Shown piece by piece: positions 37,492 to 50,340 of a stretch of DNA of 64,000 bases. Under the pieces are notes generated by a model. That model made no database searches and was not told the origin of the DNA. It saw only the letters and a list, made by a program, of their open reading frames with translations. How positions within the stretch are numbered: the stretch's first letter is position 1; the number at the start of each line of letters is the position of its first letter. Where the stretch lies: positions 2,170,001 to 2,234,000 of the forward strand of contig OU015569.1 in NCBI GenBank assembly GCA_907165135.1, written 5' to 3'. The translations under genes and the position numbers were made by a program. The DNA is from Oikopleura dioica. Lineage: Eukaryota; Animalia; Chordata.

Positions 37492-39165
37492 TCAGTTAAC
37501 CCCGATCTGGCGCCCCAGGATTTCCCAATTGTTCACCATCATCTTTTGGACGGCGATTAGGGCGTTGTATCGAACTGTTTGGTCCTTCAAGCAAAGGCTT
37601 AATCAAAGCAGATAAGTTAGTATACCTGATGCGCCATTAGCTGCATGACAGTTTGCTTAGCCGAGATTTCATCGATAACTTGTCTTCCTCTTGGATAATG
37701 CGTCACAAACTCCCCTAGATCATGGCATCCTACACTCAGGCACTGAAATAATAGAAATTAGTAAGTAAATTCCTTAGACGGTGTCAACCTCGGTGTTTTG
37801 ATCGGTTTCGAGAATGTGTGTCAGTCTCCGCAGGATCTTGTAGTCTTTTTCAACGAGTCTTTGGGCATTCTCCCTCCAGAATTTGTTGTTTGTGTGTACT
37901 GGACTCCAAGATAGGCGACCCGAGTTGACTTCAGAGCTGAAAAGACCTGTTAAACATAAATAGAGAAAGAAAACCTTACCAGAACTCCTCAAAGCTTGAG
38001 AGGTTTTGCTCGACTTCGGAAAGCTTGGCGACGACGATTTTCAGATCTTCTTCCATTTCTTCGTCTTCGAGTTGTTTCTCTGTCAAAACCTAGTAAGACG
38101 AAATAAATTCTTGAAGAAGAATGACAAAAGGCTAACCTGTATCGACTTTTGGACCTTGCAGCCGATCAATGCCGAGCAGATATCACGAGCTTTATCAGCG
38201 TTGCATTTTTCGATTAGATTTCGGAAGACTGCCAGGCAAATTCTAGAGACTTTCTGCTTTTCCGTTTGGCGAAGGACATCACAGACTGGGATCGTGATCT
38301 GTTTTTTGAAAAGATCATCTGCACACGAAAAACTGATCAGCCAAAAACAGCAAACAACCTGAAAAAATACTCATATAAATAATGAAGGACTTTTTCAATT
38401 ATCACCTGATATTGAAGCTGAAAGCCTTGGTTTCGAGTAGCAAGAACTTCCATCAGTTGATCAACAATGCCATGCTCGACGACTAGCTTTCGATAACATT
38501 CAGCGCGGAGTAAGATCATCAATGCGGAGCTAGTAGCAGTCAACCATTCGGCATTTAGAGGCGTCAGCTGTCCGCGAATCCAACCGAGGTAGCCGTCCGA
38601 CTCGGCGGACGAGAAACGAAGCTTTCCAAAAGTAGCTAGCTTTGCTGATATTCTAACCATGAGTTTGACGATAAGTTCTTCTATTTAAAAATAGTCGTCG
38701 TCATGACAAACTCCGTTCCTAGCGGCTTGATTACAAATAAACTTGTCCGGTCTTGAGAGAAGCGTAACGAAAGGAGTCCAAGCTTGCTGTCCAAGAGTAA
38801 CAGCATGCTCGTGGAAGATCATGATGTTCTCCTTGTTCATCGTAAGAATATCATCAACCATGGTCAACAAGTATCGCACAGTCTGATCGCGTGCAATCTG
38901 CCCGATCAAATTCGTGAGCGCTTTGGCTGCGTTTTTCCCGTAGCGATCGAGAATTTGCTGCTTATTGATGGCGTTCTTTTCAGCATCGAAAGCGTTGATG
39001 AATTCGAAGTCTTCTTCCGAAATCATTTGGCTGTGAGAAAAACATTAAATCGGCAAGATCGTACGATGAAAATCACCTTTGACGATAACTTTTCCAGTTG
39101 ACGATCAAAATTCTGGTATTTTTGATCTCATCTTGGAGCAAATCCGCAGCAGGCAAGTCAACCAT
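37492..39165 (-). CDS. ATP6V1H: V-type H+-ATPase subunit H
   Basis: [37 protein letters not shown]...[22 protein letters not shown] and [13 protein letters not shown]. Confidence 0.97.
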
Positions 39166-39338
39166 CTCTTTAAAAGCGCAAAATTAGCTTGGAAAATTTA
39201 GAAATGAATTAGTTAGAAATGAACTAATAAATGAACAAGGCGAATTTAAGTCGTAAAGAAAATTGAACTAGAAAGAAGAAAGTTTGAGACAGTTTGCTCT
39301 ATTTTGCAGCAAGCAAGTCTTGCGTCTTGCTCAAGACT

Positions 39339-42018
39339 TTACTCAATTGGCAGTTGATACTTCGCTTGTTGAAGTTGCTCGGAGGCTTTTATTCGCTAAA
39401 AACACTTAGTTTGCGAAGACGTTTTTTTCGTACCTTCAGAAGTTCTTTTCCTTTTTTGAAAAAGCCTTCTTCAGAGGATAATTTCGCGATAAAAGTGGCG
39501 AGAGGACGAAGCGGCCTCAGCGTCACATCGGTGAGATGCTTGAACCATGAGCTCGGAAGGAGTTCGACAATCCCCGCGCACCTATTCAAAGTATTTCCAT
39601 CCTAAAAAGAACGGCTCAGCAAGGATTTTCTAAGATATTGCGATAAAGCGATCGAGGAAAAATGGTTAGCGATAAATGAAGTAGAAACGGCTGGCAGACC
39701 TTTGGCAGTGATCTGAGCCTCATTAAGAGGTCTTTATTTATAAGTCCATCGATAACAAGGCTTTGCAGCGTGTGGGAAGCAAAGAATTCGTCAAACTCGA
39801 GAATATTTCGAACAAGTTTCAAGGATCGATTCCACTGACGCTGGAAATAAAGACCCTCGCCAACAGTGAAATCGGGTTTTCTATCAGAATCCAGAATAGG
39901 AATAAAAATATCTTCGTCGCGGCATCTTCTATTTCAAGAGTTATTCATTGCGCCATTAATTTAGCGAATTTGAGCAATCTAGCGTAAATTCTAGCATTAA
40001 AAACTCTTTCACTGAGACGGGCAAGAATGTTCGCGGCGAGTTTCTTCATTTTGTCGTCTTCTTGGTGCGCCCATGGCAGGTTCTTCATCAGAGGCGAGTA
40101 AAGAAACTCTGTTAGACATTTCGTCTGTCTTGAACTGATCGGGTCGTATATCTCCTTCACCCACCAATTGACAGTTTCTAGAGGATACTTTCCAAGGACA
40201 AATGGGAGCAACATTAGTTCTGGTTCTTCAGGGGCGATCGAATAACGTATCACGTTTTCTAGCGTTTTTGTCTTCTCGAGCGAGCAAGTTTGAGGCGTCC
40301 AACCTTTCATTTCCACCTTTAAAACGGGAATAATGATCGAGCCGGCGCATTCTTCAACGAAGCAGACTTTGTACCAGCGAGGAAAGCTCACACGCCACTT
40401 GTTGAAGCGATTGAGTAAAAGATGACTGTCCGTGTATTCTTCAACAACATCTGCGTAAATCTGTAGCCGCTCTTCTTCCAGCTTTCGAAATTTTTCTTCG
40501 AAAACAGCAGCGTTCTCCGGATCGAGCTCATCGTCTGTCGAGTCTCCTGGCTCGTGATGCTTAGACTTTGGACGCATTTCAGCTCGTCTTCGTCTTCGTC
40601 CATCTCGAGCACTAAATTTATTTTGAATGAGACGATTAGGAATAAGCTAGTCTCGTACCGAATTCTGCTTTGAACGTCGGGCGCCAGGGTCTCAATAGGA
40701 ATGCCGTTTTTCTTTCCGTGAAAGGGAAACTGCTGGCCACAGTCCTTCACGTCCAGTTGTCTTCTCCGCAGAACAACAGACGCTCTTTCCGCTTGAAGAT
40801 CTCGAAGTTGTCTGTGCCACTTTTCGACGTCTTCCCGCTTCGAGTTGATGAAATTCGTAAAGTCTTTAAGCCACGCTTTCATTTCGCTGAAGTAAGTGTA
40901 TCGTTCTTGCAGCTCAATTTCGCTTGCTTCTTCTCTAAACAAAAAATACACGTCCTCGTCCTAAATCAACGCTCTTACGGAAGTGGTTCTTCAGATCTTT
41001 CTTCCTCGGCCTTAATGTTCTTCAAATTCTGCTGGCATTCTTCTAGACGCTCTTTTACATCGCCAAGTTTGTTTTCCATTCGTGTCAGGACGTTCTCGAT
41101 ATTCTTCATATTCCTCGTCATTGTTTCCAACGGCGTACTCGACATATGCCCTGGCACATTCGAGCCTCGTATCAACTCGGATTCCCATCTTTAAAAAATG
41201 GTTAAAATAAAGCAGCAAGAGGGAGTGTTTACTTTTGGACGGATTCGTCATCACGCTCTCGGCCAACGTCGATGTCGTCTTGGGCGAATCCGTTTGTTCT
41301 AACACCTTCCATTTTAATTACATTTTCTTCGCCGTCAGAATCTTGCTGCGCCAGTCGACCGCCTTTTTTCGACGCTTTGGACTATAAAAATGTTTCTCTA
41401 TAGATCAAAAGTGGCAGTATCTCTTACCCTTGAGATGGGAATGTAGGACTCTTCTTTGTTTCGTCTAGCTTCTTCTCTTCTTTTTCTGGCTTCGTGGATG
41501 GCATTGGCGTCGGGAATGGCACCTCCTCCGCCCATTCTGTCCAAGATCTTTTCCCTGAAGGCGCTTTTGACGCCCGCCTGGGCATCAGCTCTGTCGAGTT
41601 CTTCTGAATTCATGATCACCGGCGCCGTGTCCATTGGAATGGATTTCTGGGTATTCTTCAGCCGAGAAAGGTCCGCAGCAGAGTAGCTATTCCCCGATCC
41701 CCAGTAAGAGCCGCGATTCTCCTTTGACTCTTTTTCCACTTCGCTTCTTAGCTTTTCTGCGAGTTTGCGACTTCTGTTCGACTTTTTGACCTTGAATTCT
41801 GCCGAGTCTCCTTCTGTATCGTCATCTCCGAAACTCAGTGCTGGCTTGGGCTTGTTCTTCTTCTCCTTTTTCGCCTTTTTTTCTTTTTTCGCTTTTGGCT
41901 GAATTGGAGGAGTCGGAATGGCGGATTCTTCCGCCTCTTCGATTTCCATGTCGTCGCCATCGTCAGTTTCAATTTTGCGAATGCTTCTTTGACCTCGCGG
42001 CTTTCGAGATCGAAACAT
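39339..42018 (-). CDS. PAXBP1: PAXBP1/GCFC2-family spliceosome-associated protein
   Basis: LSFGDDD, FKVKKS, IPDANAIHEARKRR, KWESELIR, RFNKWR, DIFIP and YFQRQW. Confidence 0.9.
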
Positions 42019-42598
42019 TCTGAATGACAACTTCCATTACTTTTAGTAAACTTTCTAAAAGTCACGCAATGAACCACAGTACGGCGATTTTCACCTCCAG
42101 CGTATTCAATTCTAACATAAGACTAATGTCAACAGTGATTTTCGAACAAATCGGCAAAGTTTCGAGAATTTCACGCAAGAATCAAGATATTCAAATGAGA
42201 GACTTTAATCTTGCCATTTTTGCTGACTTGACAATTTTTCCAAAAAAAAGATTCATTTTTTTGCATTTTCGCAACTTCTCTAGATTTCCCGCCTACGCAC
42301 GTCTATAAATTGCCCTTCTCCCCATCAAAATTTTCAAGCGAAGAGAAATTCAGCGTATTCGTCAAATAAACTGTCTTGCCTTTTATTTTTTTCTTTTCCT
42401 TTTTGAGGTCTGCTGATCTGTGGCGCTCAAAAAAACTCGCACGCGCTTGTGATTGGCCGCTCAACCTTCGGACTTTCTCCGTATTCCTATAAAGAAGTCA
42501 TTAAAATTTGATGGCTGCAATAATGCGCTTTTTGACAGTTTTTTGAAATTTCAGATTTCGGATTCTGAAAAGAAAATAGAGAATCACGATTGAAGAGG

Positions 42599-45500
42599 AT
42601 GGATTCTTCTTCACAAAAAGAGTCCCAGAAGAAGAGCGACTCTTCTCAGAAGAAAAAGAAGAAAAAACCAAAGAAGGAAAGAGTTATCAATCAATATTAG
42701 TACATATCAAAGTTCGAAAATTGAGCCGTTTATGAACAAGTTTGATAACTGAAGCCAGTTAAACAGAGGTCATTATGAGAAGTTCTTGAAATCGAAGGGT
42801 TGGGTCGATCCAAATCTTGCTTCAGTGGCAGAAACAACGACTTTGCTCAAGAATTTCTTCAAAAAGCTTTCCGAGCTCAGCAAACAGCATGACTTCGAGG
42901 AAAATGCGGAGAGAACTCAATCGTAAGTTCGCTGAAAATCTCAAATATCTATCATTTATTCAAAGAATTCTCCACAAAAAATATGAGCAGACTTCAAAAC
43001 GCTTCAAGAAGAGCATGGAATGCGTGAAGATCGTCAACAAAGCCCTGTGCGAGGTGACTGCTGAGAACTGGATTTCTCTCGCGAAAGAGATGGAGGAAAT
43101 GTTTAATGCGCGCAAAGAGCAGGTTTGCGAAGAAACGACCAAGTTGGCCGAGAAACACGAATCCTGGAAGATCGAGGATTTGTACGACCGACTCTATGAC
43201 CAGCTAGATGCTATACATAAGAAGATAAAAGATCTCGAGAAAAAAGGTGAGTCAAAAGTAGGGCGGGAGTAGAGGACCCCATTGTAGGTTCTCTTCTATG
43301 TCTTCAAATTGAATTGAAAAGAAATTCGATTTATCACTTCGTTTTTTAGAAGAGGCATTGAGTGACGAAGAAGCCTGGGGAAACAAATCCAACTACTTGC
43401 GACAGTGCGAGTACAAAAAGCAGGCTGTGAAGATTTACTCAAGGATTCAAAAACTGAATCACGAAACATGCAGTCTTAATCGCGCTCGAGGAAAGTTGAA
43501 AACTCTGTCTGTTCTCGTTCAAGCTCGTGAGCAATCAGTAAAGAGCTAAGATTTTCAACTGAATCAGACAAAAAGATCAAGCTAGAGAAGATTCAACTTT
43601 TGAACAACCCAGAGTTCAAAAATCTGCAACAAGTCCTCGAAGCCTTCATCAATTCCGAAGAGGATCTGCCGGACATTGACGACTACAAGGACTTGATTAA
43701 TAGATGGCGAGATAAACATTTGAAACGCGAACCAGAAAACAAGAGTATACAGAAGCTGACTGGGAAAGCCCTGATTGCAGTTGCTTCGCAGGTTCTACGG
43801 GAGGCGACAGAAAAGTGGAGCAAGAGGCGAAAAAAAGACTTTGCGGAAGATTTTCTTACGGAAGTTTCTCAGCCAAAGGATCAAGAACTGGAGAAGAAGT
43901 TGAACGAGAATAAAAAGCGCTGTAGATACATGGACAAGCCGGTCAAGAGTGTGAACGAGCTCCTCAATGAATTCATGGTGAAGCAAGAGGCTCAGGATAT
44001 CGGCTTTGATGAGATCGACCTTGAGGATAATGAAGAAGACGAAGAAGATCAAGAATCCAAGTCTTCAGTCTCTTCGAATGAATTCGGGTAAGTTCTTATT
44101 TTCCGTAAGTTTTGACTAAACAATCTCTGAATAGCTTTTAATAATTTTCTTAGACATTTGATTGCAGAATGTGAATCAGAGGTCGAATTCGACAAAGACG
44201 ATGAGTTGTTTGATGAAAACAAGCCATCGACTTCTGCTTTACCACCTGGAATCCCTAAGCCAGATACCCCAATGGAAGAGTCTTCCGATGAATGGTCTGG
44301 ACCAGAAGATGACGGGAAGGAAGCTGTTCCAGAAGAAGAGTCCTCTGATGAGTGGTCTTCGCCGGAAAACAACGAGAACTCTTCGAATAATGAGAAAAAC
44401 ACGAGCCTCCAGCTCCCAAGCACTTCTGCTTCAAACGGATTTCTGATAAAAGCGGAACCTGTTGCAAGAAACGAGCGCTCTTCCCAAGAAAACAACAAGA
44501 ACAACTCATCTGCTGGTCTACAACAAGGACCAAAGTCTGGAATCAAGGAAGAGTTCGGCTATCAAAAGCAACAGCTTGCATCGACTCCACACGAAAACCT
44601 CGTGGTGAAGGAAGAGCATGTACATGTAAAAAAGAAGCGTAGAGTTCAGCTTGTTTCTAGACCTTTGTCTGATTCTGAAAAATCGAGTGATGAAGAAATC
44701 AAAGAAGTTAAAAGTTCAACTGCTAAAAAGTCGAGGGATCCAAGTATCTTGGATGAACTTGAAGGGTCAAGTGATGACACGCCGCTAGACAGCCTTTTTG
44801 GGGAAGAAGAAAAGGAAAAAGTGATGTCTAAGGCAGAGAAGCTCACCGCTGAATATAAAGCACAGAAGGCAATACATGAAACTACCAAAGCAGAATACGA
44901 AGCACAGGTCGCTGCCTATGAGGCAAGGAAGAAGGAGAGGGAAGCAATGAAGAAGGAGAGGGAGGCAAAGAAGGCTAGGAAAGCAGCTAGATTAGCGAAT
45001 CCGAGTATTCTTGATTGCCTTGAGACCCAGTCTTCATCTGAGTGCCCTCCAAGCTCTTCCACTGCCGATGAAATGATGCCTTCAACATCGAGAGCACTGA
45101 AACCTTCAGAAGATATACCTAAAAATATTTCTAAGGAAATAATAAAACTGGTTCTACTCGGAGAAAAGTTTAAAGAAACTAAAAAGAAAAAACAACAGCC
45201 TATTGATCCTATCGTAATCGACTCGGACTCTGATGATGGCTACAAAGCTGAACCAGAAGCATCGCCTCAGAAGAAAAAAATAACAGCGAAGCCTTCGAAG
45301 GAGAAGAAGCAGAAGAAAGGAGACGATAACTGTCAAATTCTCATCACTTCTTCAGACGAAGACGAACCGCCACCCCTAGAAGCAAGCACCAACAAAGCAA
45401 AGAGAGCTCGCGCTCTTGATTCTCCGAAAACATTTGAAGCTAATATAGCTAAAAAGAAGAAAGTAGTCTCTCCGCCGAGACCTGTCATAACTCCGCCCCC

Positions 45501-46021
45501 AGAAGAAGTAATGGACCATCTACTTGGCAAGCCAGAATCCCAAGAACGGCCAACGGAGGAAGTGGAGGACGAGTTTTCACGAATGGCTGTGCAAAACGAG
45601 TCAATCCGAGTTATTCAGGGCAACGCACGTGAATCTAAAACCGACCGGTTCGTGCAACGCGAGCCACCACGGTTTTCTCCTGAGAATGCCTTTCGACAAC
45701 CACCACTTACTTCGAAGAATGTTTTCTCTAACAGTCCTCAAAAACTGAGGAACTCTGTGATTATGGTCAATTCGAGAGTTGCTAGACTGTCAATAAGTCC
45801 CACTGAAGGAACTGGTTTTATGAAATTTAATTCAAAAAATAATTCGCAATAAATAAAATATAGAATTCAAACAACCACGAAAAGCCAGGGTCACCTCGAA
45901 ACGTCCAGCCTCACCACCTCAACGAGAACCTCCTGCTCGTCGTCCTGTTGCCAAAAGTGAATCAAAGAAGCGAAACGAAAAGAAAGAGTATGAAGTCATT
46001 TCTCTATTGGACTCAGACTGA
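42599..46021 (+). CDS. DAXX: DAXX H3.3 chaperone orthologue
   Basis: N-terminal helical bundle, histone-binding domain (SNYLRQCEYKKQAVKIYSRI...DLPDIDD...RRKKDF...KKLNEN), a long acidic region, and a C-terminal SIM EVISLLDSD* (vertebrate IIVLSDSD*). Confidence 0.88.
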
Positions 46022-47131
46022 GTCTTCGTGTATTATTTTTACAGCCTCTCATTGAAAATAACCACATGTACATTCTTTTTCATTCACATATTTTACATAA
46101 TTCATAATTCATCCCTCACATTGAAACAAGATTTCATAAAGCACTATCAGTTGAATTATTGTTCTGTTGATTCCAATATATTTCTACAGTTCAGGTTAAA
46201 TTCCTTGCTCACGAAGATATTTTGACTTCCCCATATTTAAACATGTATTAAAGCTCATTTTCGGAAACTGCCACTATCTTCTGCAAAAATAAATAACCAC
46301 TTTTCTAACGGAAAGTATCCGAGTTTCATCAGTCTTTTTTTGCAGTCAAGGAAGATAACAGGAGTGTTTAAATAAGTTTATTTATTTCATAAAGAGTGGC
46401 GATTGCATCAAGATAAGGTCAGTTAGAGATTCGAGAAATGCGAACACCTAGAAAAGGCTCTTTTTTTCGGCTGCGTCAAAATATAGAAAAAAGATCTCAT
46501 CTAACTGATGTCTCATCACTCGGCTAATGTGAAAAAAAAATAGTAAAACCAGGAAAGCAACGGTGCTGATAAAATTGAAGCCAACAAGGATGAAGCTTGA
46601 GCTAGATGATGGACTTTCTGACTCCATAGCGTTTTTATTGTTTTTTTTTTTGGTTCGGGAGTCCTCGTCCAATTGAGCTCCCCAATCGTTGATTAGGTGA
46701 TTATTGAAGTCGAAATTTCAAATACATAAAAGTGGGGCGGCTCAACTGGGCTGAAGAGTGTGGGTTTGGAAGGCTGCTGCTTTCTTTAGCTAAACTTGTC
46801 CTTGGAAAATTCAGATCACAATTAAAAGGCATACAGCAGAAATATAGAACTGGCCCAACTAAAAGTAGCAGCAGCCGCGTGAAATTTGAACAAACGCTTC
46901 TAACGTTAGTGCCGCTAGAATCGGTTGACTAACACCTCATAAAATTTCTTTTTTCTCGTTTTCCAAATATCATGGACATCCCTAGCAGAGAATAACATGG
47001 TGAACAGGAACATATCGCAAAAAATCGATTTCAGTTAGAGAACCTTGAAAAGTATGAATTCCAGTAGGAGTAGGTTGAACGTGTAGATAAAGGGATGGAG
47101 TAAAATATACCAGCAACAAGGGTCGTCAAAG

Positions 47132-49860
47132 TTACATAAGCTGAACAAACTGCATTCCAGGGGGCAGGGCCATTCCCTGTACGTTTTGGACATTTTGCAT
47201 CGCTCCCAATTGCGTCTGCCCGAGTTGGCCCATCTGCATGTGCGTAAAGTTGGGCACGAGAATCGGTTGGTAAGCGGCGGCGTATGCAGATTGCAGTTTC
47301 TGAATTTATACGATTAACTCTCTGGTCTTGAGAGACGGGCACTTACGAGTTTGGCCTGGATTCGTTGTTGCTCCCGGAATCGCTCGTACGGAACCCATCT
47401 TGGTTTTGGCGGTTTACCCTCTAGCGTCGCTTTGTGTCTTTGGCTGCGCAAGTGCTGCAGAAGCTGCACTTCCGAATTAAGCGTGACGTGGCATAGCTCG
47501 CATTTGTACTGGTGGTTTGACCGGGGCTTGACAGGCTCGATCTTATCTGGACGAGGAGGAACTGGAATCCCCGCGATTGTGTTTTTATGGCGCAATGAGC
47601 CGAGATGCTGTTTCATTTGAGTATCAGAATTGACCCACACGTCGCAATCCTTGCAGTGAAGACTTTCGTCTGAAAAAATATGATCAAGGGGGCGTTGAAA
47701 GTTTCTCTACCCTAAGGCTAGTCTAACTATTCTATTGGAAAATCCACTTGAAAGAGACTTACCAAGAGGCTTGATAGTTCTGACAACTCGTTTGACGTAA
47801 GGAGGTAGGTTTTCCAGCATCTTTTTGACCTCTTCTTCCATGTCAAGTCGTGCTTTCTTCTCCTCCTCGGTTTCTTCTCGGATTTCTAACGGATCGAGGG
47901 GAAAGAGCGGCTGATTTGAGCTAGTTGAGCCATTCTCGTTCGCAGCACACATCATTTCTTTGTCCTCTTCGGCCATTCTAGCGGCATCGACTTCGCAGTT
48001 CTCGGCCTTGGCTTCTTCAAATTGCTCGACTTGCGCCTCCAGAGCCAAGTTTTCTGCGTTGAGGCTAGCGGCCTAGAAAACGGTTTAGATAGGTTCGCTC
48101 AGTATCCACTGCCTACCATTCATCCCGCTTTCAAAGTACCCCCCAGTAAGTATTTTCAAAGACCACTCTTCCTTAGTGGTACTTATGATATTCATTGCAT
48201 TTGTTTCATTTTGATTTTGATACATTTTGTGACTGGCCCGAGATATGTCAGTATCTGGCGGGTCCTGGTCAGTTTACCCTTGGAATAAAAAGTTGAATGC
48301 CAAACTTCAAGTCAATCTTTTCAAGTTTTTCTCTCACCGGACATTGATAATGAAAATGCCACATTATACACCTGTTTGTAACGATTTAGTTGAACGAACT
48401 CAACAGTATCATTATTCAATTATTCACCAGTAGTGTAAGAGTAACTCATGCACTGCTATGAGTTTCTATCGATCTTAGTCTGATTTTAATATTTCACGCC
48501 CCTGCTGCGTTGAAAAATTTCACCATGTCAAATGATAAGAAGATAATGTCGAGCTAAGCGACAGTCTGTCCGACACATGTATCATAATGGTACACCTCAT
48601 TACCTGCTCTTGTTTGAAGATCCCGTTCATCGTGCTTTGTTCGGCCGTGATACTGGCGCTTGCTTCAGGATTGGTTTCTGTTGGTGGAGCTGCTTCAACG
48701 GCCTCTTTTGAGTCCCTTTCTTTGAGCTCTCTCTTTCGCCGTCTGATCTCGGTGATTCTGGCGTGTCGCTTCCCTCGATAATGGGTGTCAGCTTGTCCCT
48801 AAACGTAATCTATGACGATCAACCGACTCTATAGATCCTCGGATGACTTTAAAAAGAATAATGATTTGGGCTCGGGGCGAATACTTGCTTTTATAGAAGT
48901 GATAGACCACCTCGCAAGGGTGGAGGAAGCGCTCTCTTTTGGCGAGTTTGAACTAGTTCCCAAGAGAGATAGATTCAAATAAATTGCCTCCAAGGCTTGG
49001 TGCTGGTGCACAGCACCAATCGAAAACGTTTTTCAATGTGCAAATGCCCGTGAATTGCGAAAACTGGACGCTGTTGCCGCCCTGGGGAAAGTCAGCAGCA
49101 CCACCAGTCGATTAATTTTCGCTTTAGGAGGTGGTACAGTAGGCACCAACAAATTCTTTACCTTATTCAAAATCGTCAATTTCCTCGATTTCTCTGGTTT
49201 GGCCAATCTAAGCTGCCCAAATAAACAAAAAAAAGCAGCGTTTTTGATCGGGCGGGTTTTCGGCCGAATTGTCTCTCGGACAATGTTATAACTAATAAGT
49301 GCACCAACTTTCTAATAATGAGAAGTTGATCATAAGCTGGCAATCAATACCGTGTCGGGCACAAAATTGGAATTCGGGCTAATCGCCACTGGCCAAATCA
49401 GTCACATCTTCAAAGGAAGGTAATCAAACCCTCATTTTTTTCATAAAAACTGATGACAATTTCGGATCTTTCAAAAACTATTTCCAATTTGTAATTCAGT
49501 AGCGATCCCTCCCTACTCGTGACCCTCCCTCTTTCTGGAGGCGTATTTTACCTGGCTGTTGAAATTGACGTTGCAGGTTTCGCAGCGAAGCGTTTCTCTC
49601 TTCGGACGGAAGCTTTTCTCCTTGTTCAAGACGCTGCTGACGAGGGCGCTTTCAACTGGGCCGAGCTGAAAAATTAAATCAAAAATGATAAAGTAATAAA
49701 AAGGCAAAAATAAAGCGAGCTTCGAAAACGTGCGCTCTTTGAAATTACTGTCGCTGAATTCTTTGGCGCCTCTGAAGCTCTTTCCCGTCTCTTGAAAATC
49801 GAGCAAGTACCTACTAGACGCGTTCCTTATTGGAGCAGTATGGCTGTCCATAACGGAATG
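47132..49860 (-). CDS. ZNF385/matrin-type (U1-like) C2H2 zinc-finger RNA-binding protein; the first exon is probably further upstream
   Basis: Three long-spaced fingers: CETCNVNFNSQ|GQADTHYRGKRH, CKDCDVWVNSDTQMKQHLGSLRH and CELCHVTLNSEVQLLQHLRSQRH. Q/M-rich C-terminus. Confidence 0.85.
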
Positions 49861-50290
49861 GCCTGTGCGAGTCCTAGGACCAGTTAAATATTTATGTCGT
49901 AGTTGCACTATGAAACCATTTATCGATATCCTACATATTCACTGCATCATATATCCGAGAACGAAGCGAGAAAGAAGCCCATAAAATGTGATATTTTATT
50001 GATCCCGATCACTTTGCGAAATTTCCGTCTCATTGAACCGGCAATACGCTTCTGGCAACAATTTCTTTACAATTAGCTCTGCCTCTCAAATCAATTCCAG
50101 TTACCTTATTTTGACGAATTCCAAAAACTCTTATTTATGATTTTGAAAAAATTATTTCTCTTCTACTGAAAACTTGGATGCATCCCGGACCGAAGAGCCG
50201 CGAAATTCTCGAAATAAAATCCTTGCGAAATCCGAAATCAAGAAAAAATCGAGATAAAATCCCGTCCTGGGAACACTTTGAAATCAAAAT

Positions 50291-50340
50291 CTGTGCTCAG
50301 CAACCTGAGTGGAAAACCTGAGTCAGGGTTTGAAAGGTTT
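50291..50340. repeat. Left-end fragment of the 51118 MITE family
   Basis: CTGTGCTCAGCAACCTGAGT...CCTGAGTCAGGGTT resembles the TIR. Confidence 0.75.

Noticed and set aside
45810-45864. Another GA-AG intron in DAXX (GAAG|GAACTGG)
   Set aside because: An in-phase canonical GT donor lies 6 nt downstream, so it was not counted.
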